Below, piece after piece: positions 48,214-62,734 of a DNA stretch of 64,000 nt (positions are counted from its first letter, which is position 1; every line of letters starts with the position of its first letter). Location of the stretch: NCBI GenBank assembly GCA_964304625.1, contig OZ199839.1:10589186-10653185 (forward strand), given 5' to 3'. The stretch is from Kudoa neothunni. Taxonomy: Eukaryota > Animalia > Cnidaria. Made by a program: the position numbers and the translations under genes. The notes under the pieces were generated by a model that did no database searches, had not been told where the DNA came from, and saw nothing but the letters and a program-made list of their open reading frames with translations.

Positions 48214-51200
48214 ATCAATGAATAATATAATTAGCTCTTATAAACGCTTTTTGGCGATATGTGTGTAAACATTGTTATTGAATGTTTAATTCATTCACGA
48301 CATGATTAATCCTTGTTGAATATAGTAGGTTAATGTACTAAATACTATAATCACCTTATTGTTTAATAATTCTATATTAAATAAAAAAATCAATTTTTTT
48401 TATTGAAGAAATCGATATGATAATAAATTGTTTGTTATGCTTTCTTAATTATTCATCCTAGGGAAATTCAGCATAATTTCAATATAGAATAAACGATAAC
48501 TTCTCTACATTATTTTACTCTATGATGCTCTGGATTGTTATGGGACATTCGAATAATACATTTATAAACTAAATGTTTGATATATTCTTTCGTACGATAA
48601 AAGACTCCGATAACAAAGGCAACCAGTAAAATCTTGTTTTGAAGGTAAATAATAAATTAATTGGAAGATATCATCATATTATGCGTTACCCTGAAAATGT
48701 GGGGACCATAACAATTTTTATGCGCGATGAATAAATTTAAGCGAAAAAGATTACGATCATTTTAAATAAAACACATAATTAGAAATCATAAATTGTTGCC
48801 TGCAATGAATATTTTGATTAGAATATACGCATTCTAAAACCGATGTAAGATGTGTGTAAAGTTTTCATATAAATCAATGTTTGTAAAAGTTTTTAAATGA
48901 AAATTAAATGTTATCAGAATGCTTGAAATGTAAAAAAAAATTATATCAAATCTAACGATTTCGTCTGAAATTATATTTCTTCGGAGTTATTACTGATTTT
49001 ATGGTTTTCCTAAAATTTCCTGCGATCGAACTGGCATAAATAATTCACTAATTTTCTATATTCGTTGGGATAATTTTTAAGTAACGTTTAAGCTCCCATA
49101 AACTTGATTATTTCCTATCTTTAAACTTAAACGTTAATATACAAATCAATATTAAGTTATCTTGAGGTTAAAAGTAATCCATTATGATATAAAAACTCCA
49201 TGAGAATACGTCATACCTCATTCTACAGGTAGTTTAATAATTTACATTCGCGATTACTTTGACACAAAATACAGTCCACTCCCATTACATGTTGTGTTAG
49301 TTATTAAGGAATTACTGGTTTATCGATCTAAACGATATTTTTACAAAATTTTCGTTTATTTGAGAATAATGAAGTATAAAAGTTATTCCGAGAGAATCAA
49401 ATAGTAAATTTTTATTAAAAGAAGAATTCCTTGAGAAAACCAATCAACATTTAATCATTACTTTAATTTTTCAAGCCAACAACACCTTTTTAGTTGAGAT
49501 TTACTCCTTTTTTGTTAGTATAATTTATATAAAAATTGAAAAATCGTGTTAAAACACCGAATCTTTAATTTTCCGCTCACAGATTTTTAAATCTTGATTA
49601 ACAACCTTTGTAAAACTATGAGATAGGAGTAATAATTAATATTGTTAATTTTGACGTAACCTATATTAATTTTATTATTTCCAATCAACTTAGACCAATA
49701 TATATTTCGTAACTATATCGATAAAATTTTATCTCAAAAGTTAGACTAAAACGGAAAATTCTATTTGAAGTTATTTAATTGTTTTGTTTAATAAATAAAT
49801 ATAATTCGTCAATTAGATATCCATAAAATAGAATACTTTGGGTGTATGGTCAATAATTTGTAAAATAAACTTAAAAATATTCATTAATTTTCTCTCAATA
49901 CCTCTATATACATTTTAATGGAACGTTAATGCTAAATTTGGTTTAACTAAATAAATACAGTTACAAAAATGATAGAAAACTTTAAAATGCATAGAAATAA
50001 ACCGAGAAGTAAAATTAAGAAGGTTATAATTTACTAATTAACTTAATTTTACCCTAAAATTTCTTCATTTAAAATTTTAACTAAAAGTTAAAATTTTCCA
50101 TCACCCACATCAAGGATAACTGGGTATTCGAGCTAGTTAATAATTTGCTGCGACAAACTCATTAAATTTCACCTTAATTGATTTTTGATTGTATATTTAA
50201 TAATACAAAGAATTCTTTTTCAATAATAATTTTGGGGGCCCTCTAAATAATATCTTATGTATATAAAATTATCTGTACATTTTATGAAATTCTTTTGATG
50301 TTTAAAAATTGTATCGGCATTTATTTGATTTTGATGCTGATTTTATCTCTATACATACAAGGACACAGAAGTTGTAATCAGATAAATTTTAATTAATAGT
50401 TCAAATGATTCAGTAAAATCTATTCAATAAAAATTAATGAATCAAAACATAGATATAATAAATGATACAATTATTCTTAAAGGACAATAATATTATTTAG
50501 TACCTGCTATAAATAATCCAAAATTTATAAAAATGAGATTAAAATTAACATAATTTTACAATTAATATCTGAAAATAACAAGATTATTATATCTCTATGT
50601 TACGCCATGCTTAACCTATTAAAGTTTGACATCAATCAAAAATTTCAAGTTTTAATATGGTAGTATTTGATGAGAAAACTTAGGTTTAAGGTATAGGATC
50701 AATAAACTTTTAAAAATAACAGTTAAATACGATTTGAATATTTATTGAATTTTAAATTAAACAATAAAATTACAAAAATAAATATTGGATTTAACGATTG
50801 CTTTATACCTTATGAATTACCATTGGTAAAGTTAACTATTCAATATTCTAATATTCATATTTAGGAATCGTATATGAGCATTTCCAATCTAAAGACCCAA
50901 ATATTATAATATGGCTGCTAATGTATCATTGATTTAATTCAAAAAAACATTGATTTATTGTAGGATTATTGAATTAAAAATATTATTTGTTTTAATTTAC
51001 GACATTTTTACGAAATAGAAATACCTTGTATCATCTTTTACTTCAAAGGTAATTTTGTAATAACCATGAAATTAATGTATCTAATAAATTCTAAATTCCT
51101 AGTTTCTGTAATGTTTTCAATAAAAAGTAATTTTGTTTAAATATATATCAGGTGAATATAAAAACTTATAAACAAATATTTTTTCATTATTGGACTACGA

Positions 51201-51458
51201 TGACCTCTGGTGCACAAATTTTTGTATATAAGTATTTATTTAGCTCTATAATATTGATCTTAGAAATGTGGCATTAAATTATATATTTGATTTAATATTG
51301 CTAACAAAATTAAGTGACGTTGACAGGGCCGAAAACAACAAACTCAATGCGTTAATATAGTAAATACTTTAAGAACCGCTCAACTGATAAATTCTCCTAA
51401 CTTAGCATAAAAAAATAATTAAAAATATACTAATAAAATTTAAACAAAAATATATAAT

Positions 51459-53462
51459 CTATCTGTAATACAGATCACACCAAAAGCGATTCACGGAAAA
51501 TACATATGTGAACAAATAGTCTTGGATGGAAAGCACAGTTGAACCGAAAAGTACTGAAACTCCCAAGAGTATCACAATCCACATAACAACTGAGTGGATA
51601 TTGTTTGGACTAAAGGATTTTTTAATCACTTTCATGTACAATAAAGGAGGAAGAATATATGCTGTACCAAAAATTAGATCTGATTAATAAAGTTAAATGA
51701 TATTACCAAGAGGGATAGTGATGAGGGCTCCCTAAAATAAACAGTATTAGTTTCCTTTATTATAATATAATTAGATAATGTAATATGAGAATACTGATAT
51801 TTCTATAATAATATCAATATTTCTATTGACAGCCCCGAAAAAGTAGACCGTACCGACCAAACATGCTGTCACCAAATAATGGTACCAGCCTTTGGCGATT
51901 GTATATTTGGATAAAATGTTCAATACAACCTATCAATGTATAACAATTAGACAGAGGTTAATACTGCGGCGAGAATACCTCTCTACATGAGAATATTTGG
52001 AAGGGGTAAGTCATAGCAATAGTGACAACAAATATAAAACGAGTCACATTAGCAAAAATATCATCAGGACAGTAGAAATTAAAAATATTTCCTACTTAGC
52101 ATAAAATAATTACAAAAATTTTGAGAATACCTCTTAGAAAAAATTTGAAAGTAACAAAACATATACTGGCTACCAAACTATTGAAAATAGCAGAGATAGC
52201 ATATGCGATGTAAAGCAATTTGGTGAAATGGACTTTAACGTGAGGTCTTGATGATCGGTAAGCTTCACAAACATTGTGATGAATAATGTAAGCTAAACAA
52301 TTAGTTATTGAGGAACAGACATCAATCTCACCAAAGGACATTTTGGATACAGTTCGAAAGAATTTATGATGAATAATTCTATAAACATCATTATCCGAGA
52401 ATCTAAATAGTAGCGTAAATGTGAGCGAATCTGCGACATTAATAAAAATCAACTAATAAATACACCTGGTGTGATAGTTGGCCAAGTCTTATAGTCATAA
52501 AAACCACATAAAATACAACCATAAGGATGGAGAAACAAGAAAACTTGATCAAATCTGAGATATATGTATATATCGAAACCAAACATACCTTTCCTAATGT
52601 CTTTAAACTCTTACACATTGATAACGGTATGAATATTGACATAGTTAGCGTCAACAAAATGACAGGTCTGGTAAGATAATAAGCTGCATTAGGAACTAAT
52701 ATATCTAATGGTAACCAATACTAAAACTCAACCTATATACAGTATACATTTATTATCACTTCCAAATTATCCGTGATAAGTATACAATACGCCACAGCAA
52801 CTAAAAAGATACGGTTAAATGGTTAATATGATAATTACCCAAAATATAGCTGATCTACTAGAGAATGCACAGAAAAATTGTGCAACCACTGTAAAGAAAT
52901 AGAAAATATCCCCTAACGATTTTCTGACTACATCCTACCAACAAAACTTATTACAAATGAAAACAATCAAAATCTACTTGATAAATATAAATATTTAGAT
53001 GTTGCGTTAAAATCAACAGCAAGTTTATAGTGTAACCTATACGTTAGTGATATATTATTACAGTGTACATTGTGAATTTATGGGATTACTTGATAAAATT
53101 GCCATTCCGAAGCACAAACATAAACTGAAAAAGAGCCCACCAGAGGTAACACTTGATGGAATCGCTGCATTTTGAATTTATTCGCCAATAACATAAGTAA
53201 TATTGTTGTTTACTTGTGATCCCGCCTCCAACCAACATATTTGTGAGATTCATGACAGTATACAAACAATCCACATAAAATCTGAATCCATTAACCTGCA
53301 TATTTTGATTAGAAAACGGATCACAATGATATTTTGTTTCTTATTACTCCTTCCACATTAAACCTTGATACGGGTTGCTAAATTGAATGATAACTCTAGT
53401 TGTAATGATATTACATCCTCATATACTTTTTCTTTTTTATCGTCAGGATTGCTAGAAGGCAT
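51459..53462 (-). CDS. SLC38/AAAP amino-acid transporter (SLC38A11-like), paralogue 2
   Basis: The spliced model gives MNLTNMLVGGGITTIP, YQDVVRKSLG, FIPLSMCKSLKTLGK, AYIIHHNV, GNIFNFYCPDD, MTYPFQIFSCRE and AYILPP. Exon boundaries are largely shared with paralogue 1. Start codon uncertain. Confidence 0.88.
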
Positions 53463-53874
53463 TTGTGGCAGATTAGAACATTCTGTGAAGATACTTTTTC
53501 AAATATTTTGATCCTTTCGTTAATACTTTATTGCAACATAAATGACTATTGAGAAAATATATACGTTTGGTTGCGAATATATTTTTTTTCGTTAGATAAA
53601 ATTTTTATTGTTTATTTAGCTATACAATTCATGGTCAAATGAATCTATAATATAATTTTATATTTTTATCTAATCAAAATGTATTTACAAAAATTATTAA
53701 TTATTTTAGAAACTAGATTTTATTGTGGAGCTAAGTTTTAGGTGACCTATGGTGGATTATTTAAGGATAAAATGAGTCAACTAAGCTGAAGTATGTTTAA
53801 AGAGTTTGTAGGACTTACTTTCAGGGATGGGTGTCAAATCCTACTATTGTTTCCCAGCAGTTCATAATTTAAGT

Positions 53875-55831
53875 ACGTGGCTATATGCATGGATCCATTA
53901 AATCCCCTCATGGGACTGGCTATTTGCATGCATGGGAATATCTCCTAGAATATGTGAGATATTAAAAAATTGATTTCACATTTACGATAGGTTATATTTT
54001 TCCTAAAAAATTTTATAAAATTTTCGTAATGATTTTAAATGGAGAATTTATCCATTAAAACCATACTTTAATCATCTCTTATGCATAAAAATCGTATTTT
54101 TCTTGAGGTATTAACAGTATCCAAGGTTTATGTATGGTATTCAGTACAATTAATTCAAATTATCTAACAAATCTTACGTCACAAACTCGAATGAGGCAAG
54201 CGTACGAGACAGATTTCCACGCTTAATTCCTGTGGCTAAAAATAGTAGAAAAAAATGAGGTTACTAAAATTCGTCTTATTTTTTTAATGAAACGAAGTTC
54301 TTAGCGGTCGGTTGTTATTATCTTTTTAATGTTTTAATTCTATGCTATTTGGTTTGAAAATAATTTTATCGATTTCCTATAATACTAGTTTGATTAAATA
54401 TATTGAGCAACAAATTTTTTAAATCAATAATAAATCAAAATTTTATTTTCAAAAAATTTAATTCAATTCTTGATAATTTTTTAGGGAGCCCAATAGTAGA
54501 CACTCTACTCATTTTCCTCATCCTTATAATTTTTATTTTGGTTACCTCCTCTATAATTCTATTAGATCATTAAAGTGCCAGGCGAGTCTAATATCGCTGG
54601 AAAGTTTTGTTGTTACTTATAGTATCATATGACTGTAAATATTTTGTAATCATTATATGTTTTCTTTCAATTCTGATGGATTTCAGGTAACAGAACGATA
54701 TGAAGAATTCTTGCTGAGTTGAAAATCTTTAAACAATGCTTTCGATATTTCATTTGTCGATTCCAATCTATCATTTGTGCAATTACAAAAATAATTCTCA
54801 GCATAACTTAGTCAACGTTCCATTCACTTGCGATTAGTTTCCATCTTTTATCAAAATAAATATCGAGATTGCAAAACCAGTGTCCATATAATTCATCACA
54901 TATGGAAGCAACTAGATCGCTGCTAATACTACAAACTATTTCATCGAAACTTTTCATAATAGATCTCTACTTACTTCTCTGAATTTATTCCATATTTTCC
55001 TATTTTATCTTCACGTTGGAATATATGACAGAGATGAAACCTACATATCAAAAGTGATCAGATTCAAACGTCATCTTAAGACACTTTCTGAGGTATTAGT
55101 GTTTATCTGTTATTATTGTTCATATTTTTGTCTTAAGCCGAGGAGGAATATCAATTAATTATTTCAACAACCATTTGATCGAATCTTCAGATTCATCATA
55201 CGATACATGCACTTTTTATGAGTCGAGCTAAACGAATCATGTATACTCGTTATAAAGAAAGATGTGCTAGAAATAAATATGGAAACATCTAGTATATTTT
55301 AATTTAAGTGAAACACGAGTTAAATAGTACAGTTCTCAAAAAGGATATTCGCGGAGATTCACATTTTAAATTCGCCGTATTGATTCAACGTAACCAAATA
55401 GTTTAGCTTATAAAATTATTTCGCATAATAATAAAATCTATGAATTGTATGATACAACTTAGTTCAAATGATAATTAACGCTCAGTGTATGACAATTATT
55501 AAAATAATGAGACCATGCGAGGCATGCAGCCAATGATTTGTGTGTGCAACGTCTAACATGATAATAATCAATTTTATTGTAGAGAATAGAACTTAATTCA
55601 CTAACAAATTGTGTATAAGCATTTAATAACGTTGTTAAATGAAGAAAAGTTCGATTTTGGTACATGAGAGATGGTTAAAGTATGGTTTTAATGGACAAAT
55701 CCTCCATTTAAAATTATAAAACAAAATTATAAAATTGTATAGGGCAAATATAGCCTATTGTAATTTTGAAATATAATTTGTAATATCTCACATATTCTAG
55801 GAGATATTCCCATCCATGCAAATAGCCACGT
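53875..55831. mobile_element. Long-TIR DNA transposon relic (probably Tc1/mariner)
   Basis: ~190-bp inverted repeats (~53926-54103 vs ~55642-55831), e.g. GGCTATTTGCATGxATGGGAATATCTCCTAGAATATGTGAGATATTA. Termini ACGTGGCTAT / ATAGCCACGT. The interior is too degraded to assign firmly. Confidence 0.75.
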
Positions 55832-56534
55832 CTAATTTTAATTCTCTCTGATCTAAACCGCGGTTTTAATTAAATTTTTGGCTGATTGTGACTAATATTC
55901 TATGAGAGACAGTCACATGTAACTTTAAGTGTTTAAAAGAAATTCAATAATTAATACAACTAAAAGATTGGTAATTAAACTTTGAAAACATTATCGTGCA
56001 AACTTAAAAATGACGTGGCAAGATTTATTCCCAGAATAAAAAATAATCGATTTAATTTTTAATGAAGTGATCGAATGATAAAAAGATCCACTGTAATATT
56101 TTAAGCGAAGACTATAGCTATTATCTGTGCGTGTTGAATATTGGCGTTATCTTTAATAGAGTAGCGTATAAGCAACCCATAGGAGGAATCAAGACTCAAT
56201 GAAGTTGTCATAAATAGTAGAAATAATATAAATAAATTATCTTTTAATAGTTATAACTTATTAATTTTTTTACGAAAATTTTAACATAAATATCTTCGTG
56301 AAATATGATTCTTAAGAAAATAATTTCTAGAGAATGTTACGTATAATTACTTCTTAGATGATATTATTGTTCAAATATTTTCAATTTAAAATTTTATTTA
56401 TTGTTAAGCTAGATAATGAATCTTTAAATATAAATTTAAGTATTGGAAAAGTCAAAATAAAAGCTCCGAATTCATTTTCGGATGTCAAATATGAAAAGTT
56501 TAATTATAAATTTTAGTCTTTATTACGCACTTAA

Positions 56535-59500
56535 CCTTACCGGGACCAACTGGGGACATTCGTGACCGCATTTTTCGTATTTTTTGATTTAAAAAGAGAC
56601 TATACACATCTCACAGTTTTCGTAATCTAATGAAATATAATGCGTATTTTTATCTTTAAGTTATAATTTAAAAATTATCAAGATAATATGAGATATAATG
56701 GTTTTAAATCACCACACATCATTAAACCTTGGTTAAAAGTAGACATAATAATTTGATTTTTAAAATTTAGATAATAAAATTAATTTGAAACATTGAAAAA
56801 TTATTAAACCAAGAATTGGAGGAAAAATTTTGATTTTATCACTCATTTATCGAATAATGCCAGAAAGCTAAAGGGATTATTTGGGGGGCAATTTATCGCG
56901 AGAAGTAAACATTTGGAATAGATAAGTGACATTATGTGGGTTATTTGAAATTAAATTTGTATTTAGTCATGTCGTATAGCAAAGATCTGAATAAACTAAT
57001 TGATGATAATGTAAAGACTGATCAAAGTACCAATAGCGAGCTTAAATTTGAAGGTGACCTATCAGATGCCTCATATTATGAGGATATTGTAGAAGGTTCA
57101 TACTTTTGTTCTGATTCTCAAAATGATGATGATAATTGTCAAACTGATAACGATAAATCAATGTCGAAATCAGGAATTCTGTGTGATATTACAAATCAAA
57201 CAAGAAAGCGGACTAGAGTTCACAATATTGTCACAAGTAACTCGGGACCTTTAGATGATGTTAAAAATGTGAACAGCATTTCTGATTATTTTCAAATTTT
57301 TATGTCAGACTCCAGCGTAGAAAAAATTCTATACTACACGAACAATTTTTTTGATTCCAATAGCATATACAGAAATGAAAAAAACCATTGAAGAATTAAA
57401 ATCTTTCATTGCGAGATTAATTGCATCTGGACGATGCAATGGTTCGAAATTATCATAAAAAAATATTTGGGATACAAACCCGCTATTTAGACAATATTTT
57501 TTTTGTAGCCATGTCAAGAAACCATTTTTTTCATATATATATATATATATATTTATAGAGTAATACGGTTTGATGATAGACAAACCAGAAAATTTAGATT
57601 TAATTAATCTAATGACAAATTCGAACTAATTTTGGAAATTTTTAATGAAATAAATTATTCTTTCCGAAAAAACTATTCTTCTGGTTCTTACATAATCGTC
57701 GGCGAAAGAATGGTAGCATTTCGCTGAAGATGCCCATTTCGAGTGTACATAAAAAATAATCCCGTTCGCCACGGCATGAAGTTATAAGTCGCTGCAGATG
57801 TCGAGACGTCGTATCTATTAAATATTAAACCCTACACAGGTAATATTGGAGGTATCAGGGATTCAAAACAGGGAAAAAGTTGTCAAGGAATTAATTGAAC
57901 CTTTTTATAGATCAGGTCGTGGTGTCACCATTGACAACTTTTTTACAATGGTTTCACTCGCAACTTTCTTGCTACAAAATTAAATTACGTTAACGGCAAT
58001 GTTAGGCGCAATATCGCGTATATTCATCAACATTTGTTGAATTTTAAAAATCAACCAGAACCTTCGTCCACTTTTTGTTTCTGTAATAACATAATTGTTA
58101 TGTCATATATCCCGAAAAAGAATCGGGTTGTTTATTTATTGTTCAGTGAAATAAATGATGGTAAATTTGAAACGGGTGTGACAAAGTGGCCAGCAATTAT
58201 GCTCCACTACAATAAAACTAAAGGAGCGGTTGATAACGGTAACAGAATGACCGGGTTGTACAGTTGTTCATGATCAACTAGAAGGTGGCGTTTACGTATG
58301 TTCATGGATTTTTTGGATATATCAGCTCTCAATGCTTATGTCATATGGACATCCAAATTTCTTGATTGGAGAGCTAATGATGGAAGTCGCAGACAACATT
58401 TCTTAAGATATTTGTGCATCGATTTAATTCAATCGAATGTGTTATTTCGTCAAATTGAGGGGATCCAATTATCAATCAAACATAAAATACAATTTTGAAC
58501 TGTTTAACAAGTACACAAATAAAAATAATGTATCCGATTAGACAGGGTTGAGTCCTGTATATAAAAGATCATGGTGTGTGTTTTGCTCTGGAAATAATGA
58601 TCGAAAACCCAACATAAAGTGTCATAATTGTAAAAGACCTATCTGCTCATCACACAGATTTAAAATGAACGTTACCTATTATCAAACATGTAATGTAAAT
58701 AGTGATTGTTAGTTTTGCTGATTTTTTGGCTCATAGATTAAACTACCTTAGAACGTAAAAGGTATACTAGCATTGACTTTGAGCAACTGCCTAAATAATT
58801 GAGTTAATTAATCTCATATATCTCGTCGATTTAGGAAATTTCTTAATAAAGATATTTAAAAATGTCGTTAATTATCATGCATAACTCGCATAGAGTTAAA
58901 TTTGTATATTCTTATAAAGTTTACATAATTTCTATCTATGAAAGAGTTCATTCCTAGTTTAAACAAGATATTTTTTTTCTGTGATCCAAATGAATGAATG
59001 AATGATAAGAATATTATTAAATATTGCACAAGTTTTATCGATATTTTCTTACTAGATTATCAACTTCATCTGAATAAAAATATTTAATTTTTATTATAAT
59101 AATACAATTTTTCTCGAGGATATTTTTCTTTGTTTACATACGCAAACATTGTTACAATTAAACTTAATATTCAAATCTCTAAAATACGCCAATCATACCG
59201 ATAAAATAAGAGTTATAATACATAATTCTAAACAAAATAATCATTATTACTCCTAAATATAAATTTCAATGAACAAAACTCTTTATTTTGTGAGGATATT
59301 CCAACCAAATGTTAATCTTAGATTAGTGTTAAGCTCCAAGAAGTTCTCCGGAAAACGTACTTAATGGAGAACCATGATCTTCTGGGTTTTCTCTATTTAA
59401 ACATTGTTTTGATGTGGAGGTTCCTTGCGAACAACTTTAAAACTAAAAGTATGATGTATTGATGGTATATATTAATAAGAATTTTTGTTTTGATCCAAAT

Positions 59501-59696
59501 CTTTGTGATTTTCCGAATAGTAATTATTTTGACTTTTCTTGATAATGTACCCTCTGTGTAAAGTTCCAACAGGTTAATCTAACTATAATAAATACATGAA
59601 TTATAAAACTTACTTAATTTGCCAAAAAAATATAATAATAAGTAAAAGACACCATTGGGAACACCCGTTTTTTCCACGAACTCGGTCCTGGGAGGG
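56535..59696 (+). mobile_element. piggyBac transposon with decayed transposase (~56969-58710)
   Basis: TTAA + CCTTACCGGGACCAAC ... CTCGGTCCTGGGAGGG + TTAA (11/16). Motifs AFR*RCPFRVY, VTIDNFF, YNKTKGAVD, FMDFLDISALNAY and C-terminal CVFC...KCHNCKRPICSSH. Confidence 0.88.
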
Positions 59697-59700
59697 TTAA

Positions 59701-62313
59701 CCCCCGAATACCTGAACAGGACCACCATGGCCCTGTGCTATTTTCTTCCACTATAGTTGGAATCATAGCACATAAGTCATTGATCTAGAGTCCTCATCAT
59801 TTTTCCTTCTCTTTTGAGGAAATTTATTTTTAAAAAATTCTTACTAATATACTTTTGGGAACTATTAATTAATGCTCGCGCCATCAATAGCGAAATACTA
59901 TGGGTAAATTCACAGTAAAAATGATATAAATAAATAAAAAATACACGTTGAATGATAATTAAACATTAAAAATAAACTAAAATATTCTATATTCTCATTG
60001 ATTCTATTCCATATGCGTATTGAGGTTGTTGTATTGATCAAAATTCGCTGCCAGAAACGGGTTGTTGATTAATTCGAAATACTTTTATTTAAAAAAAAAC
60101 TTTATAAATATTTGTAAATTACACTTAGAAACATTTTATTTAGTCTCACAATCAAAGTAGCTGAAAACGATTTAAACTGTCCTTTTTACAAAATTATCCC
60201 TTCAAACGTCAATTTATTTATATAAAATTCATTGTATTTGCAAAATTTTGAATATTCTAAGATGTTTTTATATATGAAAAAACAAAAATCTTAACGTCTA
60301 ATAAAAGAAGAGAAAAGTTTCAATTATATAAAGAATATGTTTTAGTTGTATGACGTGTATTATATTCTACAATATTAGTTCGATGGCTTTCACAAACATC
60401 TTGTTGGAATTTTGTACAAGATATCCTACTTTTTTCCTTATACCCACAGAACAAATGCGACATAAACCTCTTCCGGAAAAATATTCTGTTTATTAGTCTG
60501 GATTGACTTGACAGTATCGTCATCTTCAAGTAACTCTTCAGCAAGCATTTCCATGAATTCTTTTCTTGATTGCTTTTTATTAGCTGGATAGAACTGAGGA
60601 TTTCTATTAATATACAATAGATAAACATTGTAAGCAGCTATATCAACTATATTGAAAAAAATTGCCACCGACCAACGACGACTAGCCCGTTTGGGGGAAT
60701 AGAAACGAATAATATTGTCTAAAATATCTACGCCTATTTTGTTGAATTGTAATACATTACAATTCTAGGCTTTTTGGTCTTCTTGTTTATCTCGATGTTT
60801 TGATGTTGAGAGCTTAAAAGAACTACCGATTTGTTTTTCTTCCGGTAGAACCTCACCAGAATATATTTGTCCTGAAAACGAAATTCGATTTCATTCTCTG
60901 TACGTTTTGGTGGCTGGAATTGGGAACAAGAAATTTTCTATTTTTTCTTACTGTTCCAATTATAGTAGTCTTATGTGAAACACGGTATCTTGCAAGTGAT
61001 AACGTAGTAAACAGATTATCTGTGGTTACATTTCGACCTTTGTTTGAGTATGGTTGCATTACATTTTTGCCTTGGTTATTTTTAACCATTCCATTTCCCC
61101 TGCCAATGTATATTTCTGCATTGCAGAGACACGCATTTATTACATAATACAACGCCTAGGTTTTGATGGAATAAACATTTTGAATGGGCTTCGTCCTCTA
61201 AATGTTACAAGCTGCTCATCAACAGTAAATTGAGAGGATGGGTTGTAACTTTCTCTGTATGTCTTGATGAAGCGGTCCAAAATATGTCTAATTGGAGCTA
61301 ATTTGTCATTACGATTCCTACTACGTCTAATATCAAATCTAATAGAAGCAGTAATTTCTTCGAAGCGATTTCCGGATATCTTTTTTATTATGGGTGATAT
61401 ACCGTATTTTTCACTCCAGAACTCTCTAATATTCTCGATCTACCCTTTCGTCACTCCAGTAAGTATGACTGGCCTCATATAAATGTTCAGCTCTTCCAAA
61501 TAAATTTTCTTTGTGTTAGATTTTTCTAGTTTTATGAATATATTCATGCAATATACGACCTCATCAAGTATAAAAGGGATCAAGAAATTACTAAATGCTC
61601 TCCATGGAGTCTGTCCTAAAAGTCTCGCTTCTTTTGAAAATTCTGGTTTCCCCTTGTATATATTTTTCGTTGTTACTCTTTGTTCAATCGTTGTTGGAGT
61701 TCTGTACCACTTTTCTCCGTCTTTTGGCACGATACAAGAGATTTCTGAAGAATCTTCAATACTTTCGTCGCTGTCACTTACATCCCAATCATATTCGTTA
61801 TTAACCGGTTCATGTATGGTTTCATCTAAATCTTCAGATTCCATTTCTCAAAATAATAAATACGTCGTTAACACTTTCATCTTCAGCCTCTAGAAAATTA
61901 ATTTCCCTATCAGAATTTATTTTAGACGTTTTATAGAACACTGACCGCACACCATAAATTTCATTTATACGTTTTAATGTTCTTAATTTAAATTATAATA
62001 AATTATAACACTCAGTTTTATACAAAATCGGTTATAAAACGTCATTTATAAAATTCAGTAATTTTAATAATGTTTCAAAGGTTAATTAGATCATTAATTT
62101 CAGGTGGACCACTGTGGTCCTACTCAGATATTTACGTAACTTTTTCCGTTTTTCCATTTATACAAAAAGTTGCTAAGTCCAAAAATATAAGATTTTAAAA
62201 TTTTATTTAATGAGTTTACAAAATAAAATACACGTAATTGGAAATTAATAACTTATTATCCTGAAATATATTAGAGGTTTTTTCGCTAATAGACTACTCC
62301 CGATATTCGAGGG
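59701..62313 (-). mobile_element. piggyBac transposon with decayed transposase (~61844-60320)
   Basis: TTAA (59697-59700) + CCCCCGAATACC ... GATATTCGAGGG + TTAA (62314-62317). An internal inverted copy of the end motif lies at ~62106-62132. Motifs FTVDEQLVTFRGRSPFKMFIPSKP, VTTDNLFT and AIFFNIVDIAAYN. Confidence 0.93.
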
Positions 62314-62734
62314 TTAATCCGATAAAAAGTAAGTTAATAATACTAATTTCTACTTAAATATTATTTAATCTGATTTACACACTTTTTTTAGGAATGATTT
62401 TAAAAATTCAGAGCTCATTGAATAGCAGATTCGTGCTATAACTCTATCTACGCTCTGCTTTTTCTCAGGGTTGATAATATAATGGGCATGAACCTTGGAA
62501 AGTTACAATAAATTTTCCAACTCCATTACTATGTACTCTCAACGATCTGATAACTAGACTTGAGACTCTGTTTAAATTTTCTTCCAAATGATTTTATTAA
62601 AGCGTTTTGTTAATGCCGATACAATAAACAATAATTAAATCTTAGAACGAATATATCTCGACGTAAAGTAGATATAGTTAAGTGAGATTGGTATAAGATT
62701 TGTTTGAACTTTCCAGTATTGATTGATGGGGCCA

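Noticed and set aside
50115-50140. GGGTATTCGAGCTAGT resembling a Helitron 3' end
   Set aside because: No convincing subterminal hairpin or 5' TC end; too short to support.
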